A stretch of DNA of 64,000 nt, from contig OZ244799.1 in NCBI GenBank assembly GCA_965219955.1, forward strand, positions 800,001-864,000, in the 5' to 3' direction. Every line of letters begins with the position of its first letter. Position 1 is the stretch's first letter. Positions 8,854-19,597 of the stretch are shown here, piece after piece. Origin of the DNA: a bacterium (GTDB lineage Bacteria; UBA8248). Both the position numbers and the translations under genes were made by a program. Below the pieces are notes generated by a model, which saw only the letters and a list, made by a program, of their open reading frames with translations, was not told the origin of the DNA and did not search any database.

Positions 8854-9633
8854 TTACCTCCCCTTGAAAACGGGGCTTCGCTTCTCAAAAAACGCTTTTA
8901 CCGCCTCATCATGATCCTCTGACACCCAGAGATCCGCAAATAGCGACGATTCGAGACTCGTCGTTTCATCCAGTGTATTTTCTAATCCGAATAAGAGCAA
9001 TTCCTTCAAACAGCGAATCGCTCCTGGAGCGCTTTTGGAAATTTCTTCCACCATTGCCTTGGCGACGTGAAGACCGTCTCCTTTGGGCGCTACGGCGTTT
9101 GCGAGTCCCATCTTCAGCGCATCTTCGGGGCTCAGCTCTTTGCATGTGGTTAAAAGTTCCAGCGCCCGCCCATAGCCGATTGTGCGGAGAAGTCGTCCCC
9201 CGCCTCCCCAGCCCGTCATGAGGCCGACGCGGGCTTGCTTGAAGCTCATGTAAGCGTGCTCTTCGATGATCCGTATGTCGCAGGCCATGGCGATTTCGGT
9301 CCCGCCCCCCAGAGCGTATCCGTTCAATACGGCAATGACAGGCACCGGTAACGCAGAAAGACGCCCCAGGATTCCCTGCATCCGCCGGCTCATGCCCAAC
9401 CCGGCCTCGTGAGATTCAAAAGACTGTAGCCATTTCAAGTCGCCGCCCGAGCAGAACGCCTCCTCACCCGCGCCCGTGAGGATGACAGCTCTCAGTTCGC
9501 GAGATGCTTCGAGGGTGTCGAGAGCGTCGGTGAGCCCCTGCATGATGTCTTCGTTGATGGCGTTTCGAACGTCTTTTCTGTTGAACTTCAGGGTGGAGAG
9601 TGCGCCCTCGGCTTCATGGATAAAATCTGGCAT
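8854..9633 (-). CDS. Crotonase (enoyl-CoA hydratase/decarboxylase) family protein
   Basis: FCSGGDL, GYALGGGTEIAMACD and AFFEKRSPVFKGR motifs. Confidence 0.9.
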   Translation of the reverse strand: MPDFIHEAEGALSTLKFNRKDVRNAINEDIMQGLTDALDTLEASRELRAVILTGAGEEAFCSGGDLKWLQSFESHEAGLGMSRRMQGILGRLSALPVPVIAVLNGYALGGGTEIAMACDIRIIEEHAYMSFKQARVGLMTGWGGGGRLLRTIGYGRALELLTTCKELSPEDALKMGLANAVAPKGDGLHVAKAMVEEISKSAPGAIRCLKELLLFGLENTLDETTSLESSLFADLWVSEDHDEAVKAFFEKRSPVFKGR

Positions 9634-9689
9634 GGTTACCCCTAGAGATTTTGTCTACGAGAACCGAGGTGATTTGTGAGACGTAGGTC

Positions 9690-10634
9690 TTACCAGTATT
9701 TCTCGTAATGGATGTTTCCCTTTGTTCGGCCATAGTCCATCGTGAAGCCGCGATCTTCCATAATCTGAATGACGCCCGGTGAGCCTTCGGGCCATATCTT
9801 CTCGCCTTCACGAACTTTCGGGATGCCGATCATGGCGGGGTTCCCGCACAAGAACAGATGCGTGTTTGCAGGGTCCATCTTGCGGCCGAGGTTTTCCTCG
9901 AACATGCCCGTGGCCAGATAGTCCTGCACATATACCTTGTTGTTGATGGTATCTGCCTCGCGTGTGGTGAGCGCGTGATATGTGAGTTGGGGGTATTTCT
10001 TCTCAAGTTCTCTATAGAGGGGTTCGTATGCGAGGTCGTTTTTGTATCGAACCACGTTGATGCTGGCGATTTGGCCTTTGTAGCCCGTGCGAAGAAGCTC
10101 CCAAATCATGTGGTTGTGCGGGCCTTCTCCCGTCCCCGTGCCTGCGAAGACGACGAGAGAGTTGTCGTTATCCCGAATATCGTTCATGCAGTCGAGCGTG
10201 TATTCACCAGTAAATTTTTGACCCATGTGTATGCGATCACCAGATTTCAAGAGAAACAGCCTGGGGGTGAGCAGGGGCGCAGGCTCGCCTTGCTCGCCGA
10301 TGACCAAGACGATGTAGAATTCCAGGAAATCCAGGTCGTCTGGTGGAAATAGTTCTCCTGCTCCGTTTACCACCGGATGAGAGACGGAATAGGCGCGCCT
10401 GCCCAATCGCCGAATTCTTTTCTCGTCGAGTTCCTTCTCTTTGACGGCGTCTTCGTGGCGAGGTTCCCAGTTGCCCAGACCCAGCGTCGTGTATTGACCC
10501 GATCTGTATTCGGGGAAATCGAAATCGGGTTTTACCCGAAAACATGCGAGCATCTCATGCTGCCAGACGATATCCGCAACAGTGGCGTTGTAATGTTTTT
10601 CCCTTAATTCTTGTTTTGTTGCCTCATCAAGCAT
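9690..10634 (-). CDS. Ferredoxin--NADP+ reductase
   Basis: GQYTTLG, RRAYS, GTGTGEGP, LCGNPAMI and terminal EKYW motifs. Confidence 0.9.
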   Translation of the reverse strand: MLDEATKQELREKHYNATVADIVWQHEMLACFRVKPDFDFPEYRSGQYTTLGLGNWEPRHEDAVKEKELDEKRIRRLGRRAYSVSHPVVNGAGELFPPDDLDFLEFYIVLVIGEQGEPAPLLTPRLFLLKSGDRIHMGQKFTGEYTLDCMNDIRDNDNSLVVFAGTGTGEGPHNHMIWELLRTGYKGQIASINVVRYKNDLAYEPLYRELEKKYPQLTYHALTTREADTINNKVYVQDYLATGMFEENLGRKMDPANTHLFLCGNPAMIGIPKVREGEKIWPEGSPGVIQIMEDRGFTMDYGRTKGNIHYEKYW

Positions 10635-10753
10635 TCAGTCCCTCATCGGATATTTGAATCAATATAACAAAATGCGTTACGTCCAAACCGCAGGCGAATA
10701 CTACCCAATTCGCTTGGGAAGATATAGCCTTGAGCGACATTTTTTTCAGATAT

Positions 10754-11479
10754 TTATATCGAGATCGCCTCGAATGACACCGCATGTTCAAATCCGGCGA
10801 GTTTGCCCGTTTCGACGGCCGCTTGGGTGAGGAAACCGACGGGGTCGAACCCTTGCGCGAGATTGTCGATATAGAGTTGATGCGCTTGCAAAGATTCAAT
10901 TCCTTTCTTGAGGTATCCGCTGACGTCAACGGCATATGTAGGTTCTGGAGAGCCGCTGAGCAACACCATGCGCACGCCTGCCCAGGGGTTCAGACCTTCA
11001 TCCAACAATTCCGGGAAAATCCAGCGATTCCCTGCATCACGGCTCGCATCCATCACGCCATAAGCGAGCCATCGGTGGTCCGCCATGTTCAAAGGACCCC
11101 CCGGCCAGGTGAGATGGTGGGAAAGGGTAATCACGATTTCAGGACGATAAGCTCTGATTCTCCGGGTGAGGTCGCGTCTTAAGTCCAGATTGTACTCAAT
11201 CACCCCATCTGTATAGCCCAGGAATTCCACCTTCTCAACGCCGACGATGGCGGCGCTTTTTATTTCTTCCTCTTCTCGCACGGGGCCAGTCTCTTCCGGG
11301 GACATGCCATCGATGCCCGCTTCGCCGCTCGTCATTAGGATATAGGAGACTTCCTTGCCTTGAGCCGTCCACCTCGCGACTGCGCTTGACGCGCCGAATT
11401 CCATGTCGTCAGGGTGCGCCACGATGGCAAGCGCACGCTGCCAATCTTCATCGAGAGTGGGTAATTTGTCCGTCGTCAT
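10754..11479 (-). CDS. PIG-L/LmbE family deacetylase
   Basis: AHPDD, TSGEAG, REEE and ADH motifs. Confidence 0.9.
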   Translation of the reverse strand: MTTDKLPTLDEDWQRALAIVAHPDDMEFGASSAVARWTAQGKEVSYILMTSGEAGIDGMSPEETGPVREEEEIKSAAIVGVEKVEFLGYTDGVIEYNLDLRRDLTRRIRAYRPEIVITLSHHLTWPGGPLNMADHRWLAYGVMDASRDAGNRWIFPELLDEGLNPWAGVRMVLLSGSPEPTYAVDVSGYLKKGIESLQAHQLYIDNLAQGFDPVGFLTQAAVETGKLAGFEHAVSFEAISI

Positions 11480-13710
11480 TTTTTCACCCTTTTTATAAAA
11501 ATAGGACTGCTCCAGGCCAATGCACCGTCTTCTTGCATCAACCTGATGAAATAGGGGTTCCAGCCATCGTGAAAATCGATTTCATCGATATCGAACGTGA
11601 CGTTCGCGTAAGGGTTCCCCGGTGCCGGGCTGATGCGCTGCACTTCCACCTGTTGACGAACGCCGCCCGCTTCTATCACGAACGGAACGGCGCCGATATC
11701 ATCGAGTTTTACCTCAAAGGAAACGACGTCGGTTTCAAAGAACAGCGTCGCTCCTTCTCCGCCTGAAAGGCGGAATTCGACGCCGTCCGCATCCCCGGTC
11801 GTGCGGCTCAACCACCGGATTCTCTGCTCATCGGCCGACTGTATGCCTTCTTCGAGGTTGTCCACCTGCCAGTTTCTCGGTTCTTCAATTCTTCCTTTAT
11901 CGACCATGAGGCCGCCGTGCCAGTGGGTTTGCCGGTTGCGTTGGTGTATGCGGGCGCCGCTCCAAGAGAGCCGGAACCAGTCTGAATTTTGGGCGGTTGC
12001 ATCTTGGGGGCGATAGGAGCAGATGGTTCGCGAGGCGCGCTTCAATTCTATCGACTCGATGCCGCATTCGCCCATGGCCCGGACCTTGAACACAGGGGGG
12101 TCGGCAGCTTCAAATTCCTCGCCCATGAAATGGTTTCCAGCCGAGAAGGAGAGATGAATCTTCTTTCCGGTAGTTGCATAGACGCGCCTAGCCTGAATCG
12201 CTTCCCACAGGCTTTCGCGCGTGAGTTCTTTTGCATAAATGCAGGCGTAACCGCCATAGACTCCGAAAATAGCGGCGCCAGGGTAGCTGGCCCCCGGTCG
12301 TCCCTTGTGTCCATCGCTTCCCGCCGTGATACCCACGCGCCAGCCCTTTTCCAGGGCTTCTTCCACGAACCACTCGAAACGTCCCCATGAGGAATATATC
12401 TCCATGACACGCTCGAGTTCCGCGTGGTGATAATCCAGGCTCGCTCGCCTGCCCCCGATGTGAGGGACTAATGTGACGTCCCGGCGTCCTCCCATTGCGT
12501 CGTAGAGGGCGTCGAGGGGGTATCTGTCCGTTTCCTGATCAGTCCAGTCCTCCAGTTGCCAGTGACTGGTCCGGTGCAAGGGGCCATCGTCGCCAAGATA
12601 CATGACGTTCCTGTCCCCGCCCATTCCCGTCACGGCGGACCATTCGACTCCCAGAAACGTGACGAAGCGACCCGGATCGTTGTATCTCTTCGTGGCCGCT
12701 CGAATGGCGTTCCAGGTATCTTTCGTGACCTGAAAATCATTCCCCTGGTGGCAGGAAAATTGCGCTCCGGCCATGTCGCGGGCGAAAGCAAAGTAGTCAT
12801 CCGCTGTGTTTGTGCCCACTGTCTCTTCGCTCTGGCCGTGCAGGTCGCCCCAGAATGGTCGCCATAGGTGGTTTTTCTCCATGGCGTGCACATAATTGCT
12901 GAATGCAGGAGGGATGTCGCCCCCGGCGTCGCCTCGTATGCGCCCCCATTTCCCCGATTCCCAGCGCAAATTTTCCAGGCGGGCAACAGCAGGCTTGTCA
13001 CGTTTGAACAGAACGGTTCCGGGCAGCCCTTCGCAGATTCCTCCCTCGGGAGTGAGCGAGATTTCCGCATCTATGCCGTAACATGGATTCCCCCAGATGT
13101 CCTCGAGTTTCACCTGCACCCAGGATGTTTCATCTAGTGTCTGTTCGGTCGAACCATGGATCACGAGGCGGGCGGGTTTTCCCGGGATGATGGAGAAGGT
13201 AGGAGTATCGGCTGCCTCGATGAAGCGATTCGAGCCGAAGCAATCGACGAAGAGCCGGAAGCGGAAATTTTTTTCGCAAAAGGTCTGGGCGCGGGTTCCC
13301 GCGCCGTCCCCGCTTCTGTCTCCCTGAACGATGGTTACCGTATCGCCTTCCGCCAGGTAGCTGTCGAACACGTCGATGGCCAGCCCTTGCTGCCAGGGTC
13401 TGATGTTCGATTTCGGGTCCCATCTTACCCTGAGGGTGGCGCTTCCACTCGTGGTTACGCTCGCATAGTGAGCCTCAGCAGGCGCGTCGGTTTGCGGCCT
13501 GGCCCAGTCGCTGGCAAAGCGGCGAGAGAGGACGATTGTTCCGCCATCATCCACGCCGTATCTGCCAACGTGATAGGTGAGCTCCCAAGTACCCCATGCG
13601 CCCGCTTCCACGTTCCCGGCGGGAGTGAGTTCACTCCAGCCTACCCATTCGCGTACCCAGGATTCGCTCTTGCCGTGTCTGCCGTCTGGCGTCGTATCCA
13701 TTGTCGTCAA
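11476..13710 (-). CDS. DUF3604-like PHP-fold metallohydrolase
   Basis: FWGDLHGQS, HQGND, GVEWS, AGSDGH, YATTG and C-terminal AWSSPI motifs. 4-bp overlaps with both neighbours. Confidence 0.75.
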   Translation of the reverse strand: MTTMDTTPDGRHGKSESWVREWVGWSELTPAGNVEAGAWGTWELTYHVGRYGVDDGGTIVLSRRFASDWARPQTDAPAEAHYASVTTSGSATLRVRWDPKSNIRPWQQGLAIDVFDSYLAEGDTVTIVQGDRSGDGAGTRAQTFCEKNFRFRLFVDCFGSNRFIEAADTPTFSIIPGKPARLVIHGSTEQTLDETSWVQVKLEDIWGNPCYGIDAEISLTPEGGICEGLPGTVLFKRDKPAVARLENLRWESGKWGRIRGDAGGDIPPAFSNYVHAMEKNHLWRPFWGDLHGQSEETVGTNTADDYFAFARDMAGAQFSCHQGNDFQVTKDTWNAIRAATKRYNDPGRFVTFLGVEWSAVTGMGGDRNVMYLGDDGPLHRTSHWQLEDWTDQETDRYPLDALYDAMGGRRDVTLVPHIGGRRASLDYHHAELERVMEIYSSWGRFEWFVEEALEKGWRVGITAGSDGHKGRPGASYPGAAIFGVYGGYACIYAKELTRESLWEAIQARRVYATTGKKIHLSFSAGNHFMGEEFEAADPPVFKVRAMGECGIESIELKRASRTICSYRPQDATAQNSDWFRLSWSGARIHQRNRQTHWHGGLMVDKGRIEEPRNWQVDNLEEGIQSADEQRIRWLSRTTGDADGVEFRLSGGEGATLFFETDVVSFEVKLDDIGAVPFVIEAGGVRQQVEVQRISPAPGNPYANVTFDIDEIDFHDGWNPYFIRLMQEDGALAWSSPIFIKRVKK

Positions 13711-14717
13711 CTACCTTGCTGGTTGTTCGCGGGATGAAGGCCGGCTCGTTTTTCGCTCTCACCTTGCGCCTTGGACGGTTCTCTGGTCTGGCGCAAATGG
13801 TTTTTGAGGAAAATCAAGGCGAGCCGAATCGAGTCTTCTCTTTCCCGAGGAGTTCTCCTCCTGAGAACGAAATTGTGGCCGGTGCCTTCGTAAAGTTTCA
13901 ATTGAGCGTAGCCTGATCCCCTCGCTCGCAATTTTCTCATCATCGTGAATGATTGCTGGACAGGGATTATACCGTCCGCCACGCCATGAAACATCAAGGT
14001 GGAAGCTTTCGTGTTCAGTATCTTGTTGGCGGGACTGTGAAGTTCCAGATATTCTTTCCAGCGCAGCAGATCCTTGGTCGCCAGAGCGAGCACCACGGAG
14101 TTGATGCGCTTTTTGATGAGAGCCTCATAATCATAGGGGCCATAATAGGCGACTATGGCCTTCACGACCGGAAGCGACGCGGCTGCGCGAAACGCCTTGT
14201 CCGCGCCGAGCGAGAATCCGATGAGACCGACCTTGTTTTGTATGCAATGCGCGCTTTTCGCAAAGGCGGAAACGGCTCGGTTGATGTCTTCATTCTGGCG
14301 CTCGAAATTCGATTTGCGTTGGACGAAAGGTGTTCTGAGACCCTCGAGGTCCACCTGGTGCACCGAGTAATAATTGATGACCAAGGATGAGAATCCATGG
14401 CTCGCGAGTTTTCGAGCGTAGCGGATGTATGCCCGCCACCAACCGCCTTTCCCGTGCAGCAATACGACGCAAGGGTATTTCCCGTCTTTTGATGGACGCA
14501 CCAGGTATCCTGTCATCGAGGCGTTTTCGATGCTCGATGGCAATTCGACGTAGCTCTCCTGGTGGTCGTAGTTTCCATCAGGAGCAGGAGCCAGATTCAA
14601 GGTACGGGGCCGGGCGCAGCTTGTCACCATCAGCATGGCGAAGATGAAAACCAAGAGGGATCTTATGCGGATGATCTTGAAGAAGCGATGAATTATGCTA
14701 AAAACGGATCGAATCAT
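13707..14717 (-). CDS. Dienelactone hydrolase-like alpha/beta hydrolase, probable lipoprotein
   Basis: Lipobox-like VTSC, LLHG, nucleophile motif GFSLG, HGVAD and GHNF. Confidence 0.8.
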   Translation of the reverse strand: MIRSVFSIIHRFFKIIRIRSLLVFIFAMLMVTSCARPRTLNLAPAPDGNYDHQESYVELPSSIENASMTGYLVRPSKDGKYPCVVLLHGKGGWWRAYIRYARKLASHGFSSLVINYYSVHQVDLEGLRTPFVQRKSNFERQNEDINRAVSAFAKSAHCIQNKVGLIGFSLGADKAFRAAASLPVVKAIVAYYGPYDYEALIKKRINSVVLALATKDLLRWKEYLELHSPANKILNTKASTLMFHGVADGIIPVQQSFTMMRKLRARGSGYAQLKLYEGTGHNFVLRRRTPREREDSIRLALIFLKNHLRQTREPSKAQGESEKRAGLHPANNQQGS

Positions 14718-14839
14718 TCAAAATCCAATTTTTGCTCGGCGGCAAAAGAATTGGCAGGCTCATACCACCTCTGAGAATAATCCGGGGAAACGATTTCGGC
14801 AACATCTCGGCGAATATGGCCCATGTGAAGGAGAACGGA

Positions 14840-16180
14840 ATGTCGGCGGTGATTGATTTTCTGCAATCGAGAAGAGAACAGAGCCTTGTGGAACTCATCG
14901 AATATCTCAAAATTCCCTCCATCAGCACTTTGGGGGTCGGTGTCGAGGAAGCGGCGGCGCATCTGGTGGGATTGATGGACGTTGCGGGCATTGAGGCGCA
15001 AATTCTTCCGACCGAGGGCATTTCGCTCGTATACGGCGAAGTGAAGGGACCCCCGGATGCTCCGACCATGCTGATCTATGGCCACTACGACGTTCAGCCG
15101 GCTGATATTTCCGAGGGCTGGAGTTCAGAGCCATTTAAGCCCCAGGTGCGAGATGGCCGCATCTACGCTCGTGGGTCGGGAGACAACAAGGGCCAGCATT
15201 TCGCGCAAATCAAGGCGGTCGAGGCCTACCACCAGACAAACACGAAAATGCCCATCAACCTCAAGTTTTTGATAGAGGGAGAGGAGGAGATGGGTTCGCC
15301 AAATTTGAGGAAATTTATCCAGGCGAACAATGAGTTGTTGAAAGCCGATATCGCCTGTTCATCCGATGGCTCCATACACCCCTCGGGCAGGCCGACGCTC
15401 TCTTTGGGGTGCAGGGGATTGCTCTATATCGAACTTGTCTCGCACGGCGTCGGGAAAGACCTTCATTCCGGGTCTTACGGCGGAGCGGCCCCGAATCCGT
15501 TCTGGCGACTTATGGAAGCCGTGCAATGTCTGCGCGACGATGAGGGAAGGGTGCGGGTGCCGGGATTTTACGAGTCCGTGCTCCCTGTAGGGGATGCGGA
15601 TCAAGCTGCCCTTGAGGGAATTCCCAACCCGGAGGCGGAACTCAGGGCCGTCATCGGAGACGGGGCGGACCGGATTCCTGATCTTTCTTCCTTTTATGCA
15701 AAGACGCTCACCCAGCCGAACCTGAACATCTGTGGATTCCAGGGGGGATATTCCAACGATGGCATGAAAACAGTTTTGCCGGGTTCCGCAAGCGCCAAGC
15801 TGGATTTCCGCCTCGTAGTGGAGCAGGACCCGGACAAGCTGTTTGATGATGTGTGTTCGTTTTTGAGCGGAGAGGGTTTCGATGACATCGAGGTACGCAA
15901 GATGGCCACGTTCGATGCCAGCAAAACGCCGGCGGACAACCCCTATGTGCAAAAGGTGATCAAGGCCGTGGGCGGTTACGGGGTTGAACCCGTCATCTAT
16001 CCGAACTTCGGCGGCAGCGTTCCCGACAGCATGTTCACGATAGACTTAAGGATCCCGTCCGTCTGGTTCCCCCTCGCCAATGCCGATTCGAACGCCCATG
16101 CCCCGGATGAGAACATCGATGTGGAGATTTTTCATCGTGGATGCGAGATTGCGGCGACTCTCATGGGGGGTCTCGCTTGA
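14840..16180 (+). CDS. M20 family metallo-dipeptidase/deacylase
   Basis: YGHYDVQP, RGSGDNKG, GEEEMGS, DLHSG and HAPDE motifs. RBS AAGGAG before ATG 14840. Confidence 0.9.
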   Translation: MSAVIDFLQSRREQSLVELIEYLKIPSISTLGVGVEEAAAHLVGLMDVAGIEAQILPTEGISLVYGEVKGPPDAPTMLIYGHYDVQPADISEGWSSEPFKPQVRDGRIYARGSGDNKGQHFAQIKAVEAYHQTNTKMPINLKFLIEGEEEMGSPNLRKFIQANNELLKADIACSSDGSIHPSGRPTLSLGCRGLLYIELVSHGVGKDLHSGSYGGAAPNPFWRLMEAVQCLRDDEGRVRVPGFYESVLPVGDADQAALEGIPNPEAELRAVIGDGADRIPDLSSFYAKTLTQPNLNICGFQGGYSNDGMKTVLPGSASAKLDFRLVVEQDPDKLFDDVCSFLSGEGFDDIEVRKMATFDASKTPADNPYVQKVIKAVGGYGVEPVIYPNFGGSVPDSMFTIDLRIPSVWFPLANADSNAHAPDENIDVEIFHRGCEIAATLMGGLA

Positions 16181-16680
16181 AGCACCCGCTCTGGACGATA
16201 GGCCACAGCAACCACAGCGCGGAGAAATTCCTAAACCTGCTGAGCCACCACGGCATCGCATGCGTGGTGGACGTGCGCAGCATCCCCTACAGCAGAAGGA
16301 ATCCACAGTTCAACAGAGAAAGAATGAGCCAGAATCTTTCATCGCAAAATATCGCATACGTCTGGGAAGGGGAGGCGTTGGGCGGAAAACGCGACCCTAG
16401 AGTCAATCCTGAACTTTTTGACACCAAGGGATACATCGACTGGATGAAAGTAAGGGGCAGAGAAGATTTTATTCTTGCGATGGAGCGCTTGAGAACCCAA
16501 GTGGGAAAGGAACCCACGGCCGTTCTTTGCGCTGAGGAGAACCCGAGAAACTGTCATCGTCTGCATCTGATATCCGCGGCCTGGGCAGCGAGTTGCGATG
16601 AAAACATATCGCATATTCGCGGCGACGGGCGTGTAGAGACGCATACGCAAATCGTTCCCCAGCCTGAATTGTTTTGTTGA
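16177..16680 (+). CDS. DUF488 family protein
   Basis: TIGHS, VDVRS.P.SR, LGG and CAE...CHR motifs. TTG start overlaps the upstream stop. Confidence 0.85.
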   Translation: MKHPLWTIGHSNHSAEKFLNLLSHHGIACVVDVRSIPYSRRNPQFNRERMSQNLSSQNIAYVWEGEALGGKRDPRVNPELFDTKGYIDWMKVRGREDFILAMERLRTQVGKEPTAVLCAEENPRNCHRLHLISAAWAASCDENISHIRGDGRVETHTQIVPQPELFC

Positions 16681-16753
16681 TCATTCTCCCATACCCTGTC
16701 GACAGGCATTTTTTCGTGGCCTACGGACTTGCATCCACTCATATGAGGAATTC

Positions 16754-18826
16754 ATGAATCAGCCCCGGCAGAAAAACCGCCTCGCGCAGGAGACGAGCCC
16801 CTATCTCTTGCAGCATCAATACAATCCGGTGCAGTGGTACCCCTGGGGCGAGGACGCGCTCCGCAAATCAAGAGAAGAGAACAAGCCCATTTTCTTGTCC
16901 GTCGGCTATTCTGCCTGCCATTGGTGCCATGTGATGGAGCATGAGAGCTTCGAGGATGAGGAGATCGCCGAAATCCTGAACGAGCATTTCGTCTCCATCA
17001 AAGTGGATCGCGAAGAGCGCCCCGATATCGACGGCATCTACATGGAGGCGGTGCAGATGATGACGGGTCAGGGAGGCTGGCCCATGAGCGTTTTCCTGCT
17101 CCCGGATTTGAGGCCCTTCTTCGGAGGAACGTATTTTCCGCCGCATGACAAATGGGGGAGGCCCGGCTTCAAGAACGTACTCTTGAGGCTGGCCGAAGTT
17201 TACCGGACGAGACAGGACGATTTGCACGATAACGCGGAGAGCATCACGGCGAATCTGCAGCAAATGGGAGTCGTCACGGCCACAAAGGGTGATTTGAAAA
17301 CAGAGTGGATTGACCAGGCCGCAAAGGAACTGAAAGAGCGGTTCGACTCTACCTGGGGCGGTTTCGGAAGCGCTCCGAAATTTCCACCCTCCATGGCGCT
17401 GATGCTGCTTTTGAGAAAATGGAAGCGTTCCCGGGATCAGGAATTGCTTAAAATGGTCGAGGTGACGCTGCAAAGAATGGCGCTGGGCGGGATGTATGAT
17501 CAACTCGGTGGAGGCTTTCACCGCTACAGCGTTGATAATTATTGGCTCATCCCGCACTTCGAGAAAATGCTTTATGACAACGCTCTTCTGTCCAGAGTCT
17601 ATCTCGAGGCCTACCAGGCGACGGGTAGCGCGTTTTACCGCTCCGTGGTGGCGGATACACTCGATTACGTTTTGAGGGAGATGACCAGCCCGGGAGGAGG
17701 ATTTTATTCCGCGCAGGACGCTGACAGCGAGGGGGAGGAGGGCAAGTTCTTCGTTTGGCGTCCTGAGGAGATAGAAGAGGTTCTCGGCAAAGAAGAAGCC
17801 GACATATTCTGCCGGTTCTACAGCGTGACGGAGGAGGGGAACTTCGAGGGCAACACCTCCGCCTTGTTCATTCAGAAACCGCCCCGCGTTTTCGCCGAAG
17901 AATTGGGAATCACCGAAGAAAAGCTCTTTGAAGTATTGCAGAGGGGCCGGGCAAAACTTTTTGCCGAGCGCGAGCGGCGCGTGAAACCGGGGCTGGATGA
18001 TAAAATTCTCACGAGTTGGAACGGGCTCATGATCGGCTCGATGGCTTTGGCGGGCAGGATTCTGGAGCACCGCCCTTACGTGGAAGAAGCGGGCAAGGCG
18101 GCGGATTTTATTTTGAATAACATGCGCGATGAGCGCGGTTTGCTGAGAAGCCACCGGGAAGGCGTGAGCAAGTTCAACGCGTATCTGGATGATTACGCTT
18201 TTCTGATCGTGGGTCTGGTGGATTTGTACGAGGCGAGCTTCGAGCCCCGGTGGATTCGAGCGGCCTCGGATTTGGCGCAAGAGATGATTTCTCGCTATTG
18301 GGATGATGGAGGCGGCGCATTTTTCTTTACGGCCCACGACCATGAACAACTCATCGTGCGGAAGAAGATGACGCAAGACGGCGCCGTTCCGAGCGGGAAC
18401 TCGATGGCGGCGCTGGGTTTATTGAAACTGGCGAAACTCTCGGGTGAGGCGGAATTCGCAGAACGCGGCGAGGGCGTTTTGCGCTCGTTCAGCGACTATC
18501 TGGGGCGTGTGCCGGCCGCATTCCACATGATGCTCGTGGCGCTGGACTTTCATCTCGACTCCCCGGTGGAGGTGGCGATTGTCGGTGAGGGAAACGCAGA
18601 AGATACGCGCGCGGCTCTTCGGGCTGTAGATTCCCGCTTCATTCCCAACAAGGTTTTGGCTTACAAGTCCGAATCATCAGGCGAAGAAGCAGGCGTTACA
18701 GTGCCTCTGCTCGACGGGAAGTCCATGGTGGATGGGCAAGCCACTGTGTATCTTTGCGAAAATTTCACATGCAAGGAGCCGCTCACGAATTTGGAAAAGA
18801 TTGGAAAAGGGCTCGATAGTAGTTAA
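16754..18826 (+). CDS. YyaL/SSP411 thioredoxin-domain protein (DUF255)
   Basis: [33 protein letters not shown] and [11 protein letters not shown] motifs. Confidence 0.93.
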   Translation: MNQPRQKNRLAQETSPYLLQHQYNPVQWYPWGEDALRKSREENKPIFLSVGYSACHWCHVMEHESFEDEEIAEILNEHFVSIKVDREERPDIDGIYMEAVQMMTGQGGWPMSVFLLPDLRPFFGGTYFPPHDKWGRPGFKNVLLRLAEVYRTRQDDLHDNAESITANLQQMGVVTATKGDLKTEWIDQAAKELKERFDSTWGGFGSAPKFPPSMALMLLLRKWKRSRDQELLKMVEVTLQRMALGGMYDQLGGGFHRYSVDNYWLIPHFEKMLYDNALLSRVYLEAYQATGSAFYRSVVADTLDYVLREMTSPGGGFYSAQDADSEGEEGKFFVWRPEEIEEVLGKEEADIFCRFYSVTEEGNFEGNTSALFIQKPPRVFAEELGITEEKLFEVLQRGRAKLFAERERRVKPGLDDKILTSWNGLMIGSMALAGRILEHRPYVEEAGKAADFILNNMRDERGLLRSHREGVSKFNAYLDDYAFLIVGLVDLYEASFEPRWIRAASDLAQEMISRYWDDGGGAFFFTAHDHEQLIVRKKMTQDGAVPSGNSMAALGLLKLAKLSGEAEFAERGEGVLRSFSDYLGRVPAAFHMMLVALDFHLDSPVEVAIVGEGNAEDTRAALRAVDSRFIPNKVLAYKSESSGEEAGVTVPLLDGKSMVDGQATVYLCENFTCKEPLTNLEKIGKGLDSS

Positions 18827-18831
18827 GTCGT

Positions 18832-19494
18832 TTATTTCGCCCGCACGATGAACGCGCCGTAGCCGTTGCGCTGCAGCCTTTCCGCTAATCGCTTTGCTTT
18901 ACGCTCGCCGGTCAGGCCTTTGATCTGCACGTGGTAGTGTTCGTAGTTTCCGTGCCAACCGGGCCGGATCTCCGAAGTCGTTCCGTTTCTAGAAAAGTAA
19001 TCGGCGAATTCTTGCGCCTCTGGTTTTCCCATGAACCCGCCAACCAGGATCATCCATCTCGGGTTCGGCTCCCGGGGGGTGTAGAGGGGCTCGACGGAAA
19101 CCTCGGTGGTGCCCTTGCGCAGCATGCCGATTCTTCGGGCCGCCTCCCGGGAGAGATCGATGACGCGGTTGATGAAAAAGGGGCCGCGGTCGTTGATTCT
19201 CACTTGCACTTCCCGCCCGTCGTCACTTCTGCGCACCCGTACTATTGAACCAAACGGCAGGGTGCGGTGCGCGGCGGTGAGCGCGTGCATATCGTAAGTT
19301 TCGCCATTCGCCGTCTTGCGCCCATGGTAGGGATTTCCATACCAGGAGGCGATGCCGTGTAAATCGTCACCCTGGATGTCGTAACTCCTCGGCGCAGGCA
19401 GAAAGCCGCATCCACTCAGGAGAATGGAAAAAGCGAGACAAATGATGAGACCACGCAAGGGGACTACATATAAAGGATTGTTTTTCGCGTTCAT
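18832..19494 (-). CDS. rlpA: Septal ring lytic transglycosylase RlpA family lipoprotein with SPOR-like domain
   Basis: Lipobox [33 protein letters not shown] and IDLS motifs. Confidence 0.9.
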   Translation of the reverse strand: MNAKNNPLYVVPLRGLIICLAFSILLSGCGFLPAPRSYDIQGDDLHGIASWYGNPYHGRKTANGETYDMHALTAAHRTLPFGSIVRVRRSDDGREVQVRINDRGPFFINRVIDLSREAARRIGMLRKGTTEVSVEPLYTPREPNPRWMILVGGFMGKPEAQEFADYFSRNGTTSEIRPGWHGNYEHYHVQIKGLTGERKAKRLAERLQRNGYGAFIVRAK

Positions 19495-19597
19495 CGGGAT
19501 ATATCGGGGCGGATATCGGAATAGACGATGTAATTATATCAGTTTCATCCGGCGCCGCCAGATGGATATAAAATTTAAGTGGCTATCGTGCTCTTGC

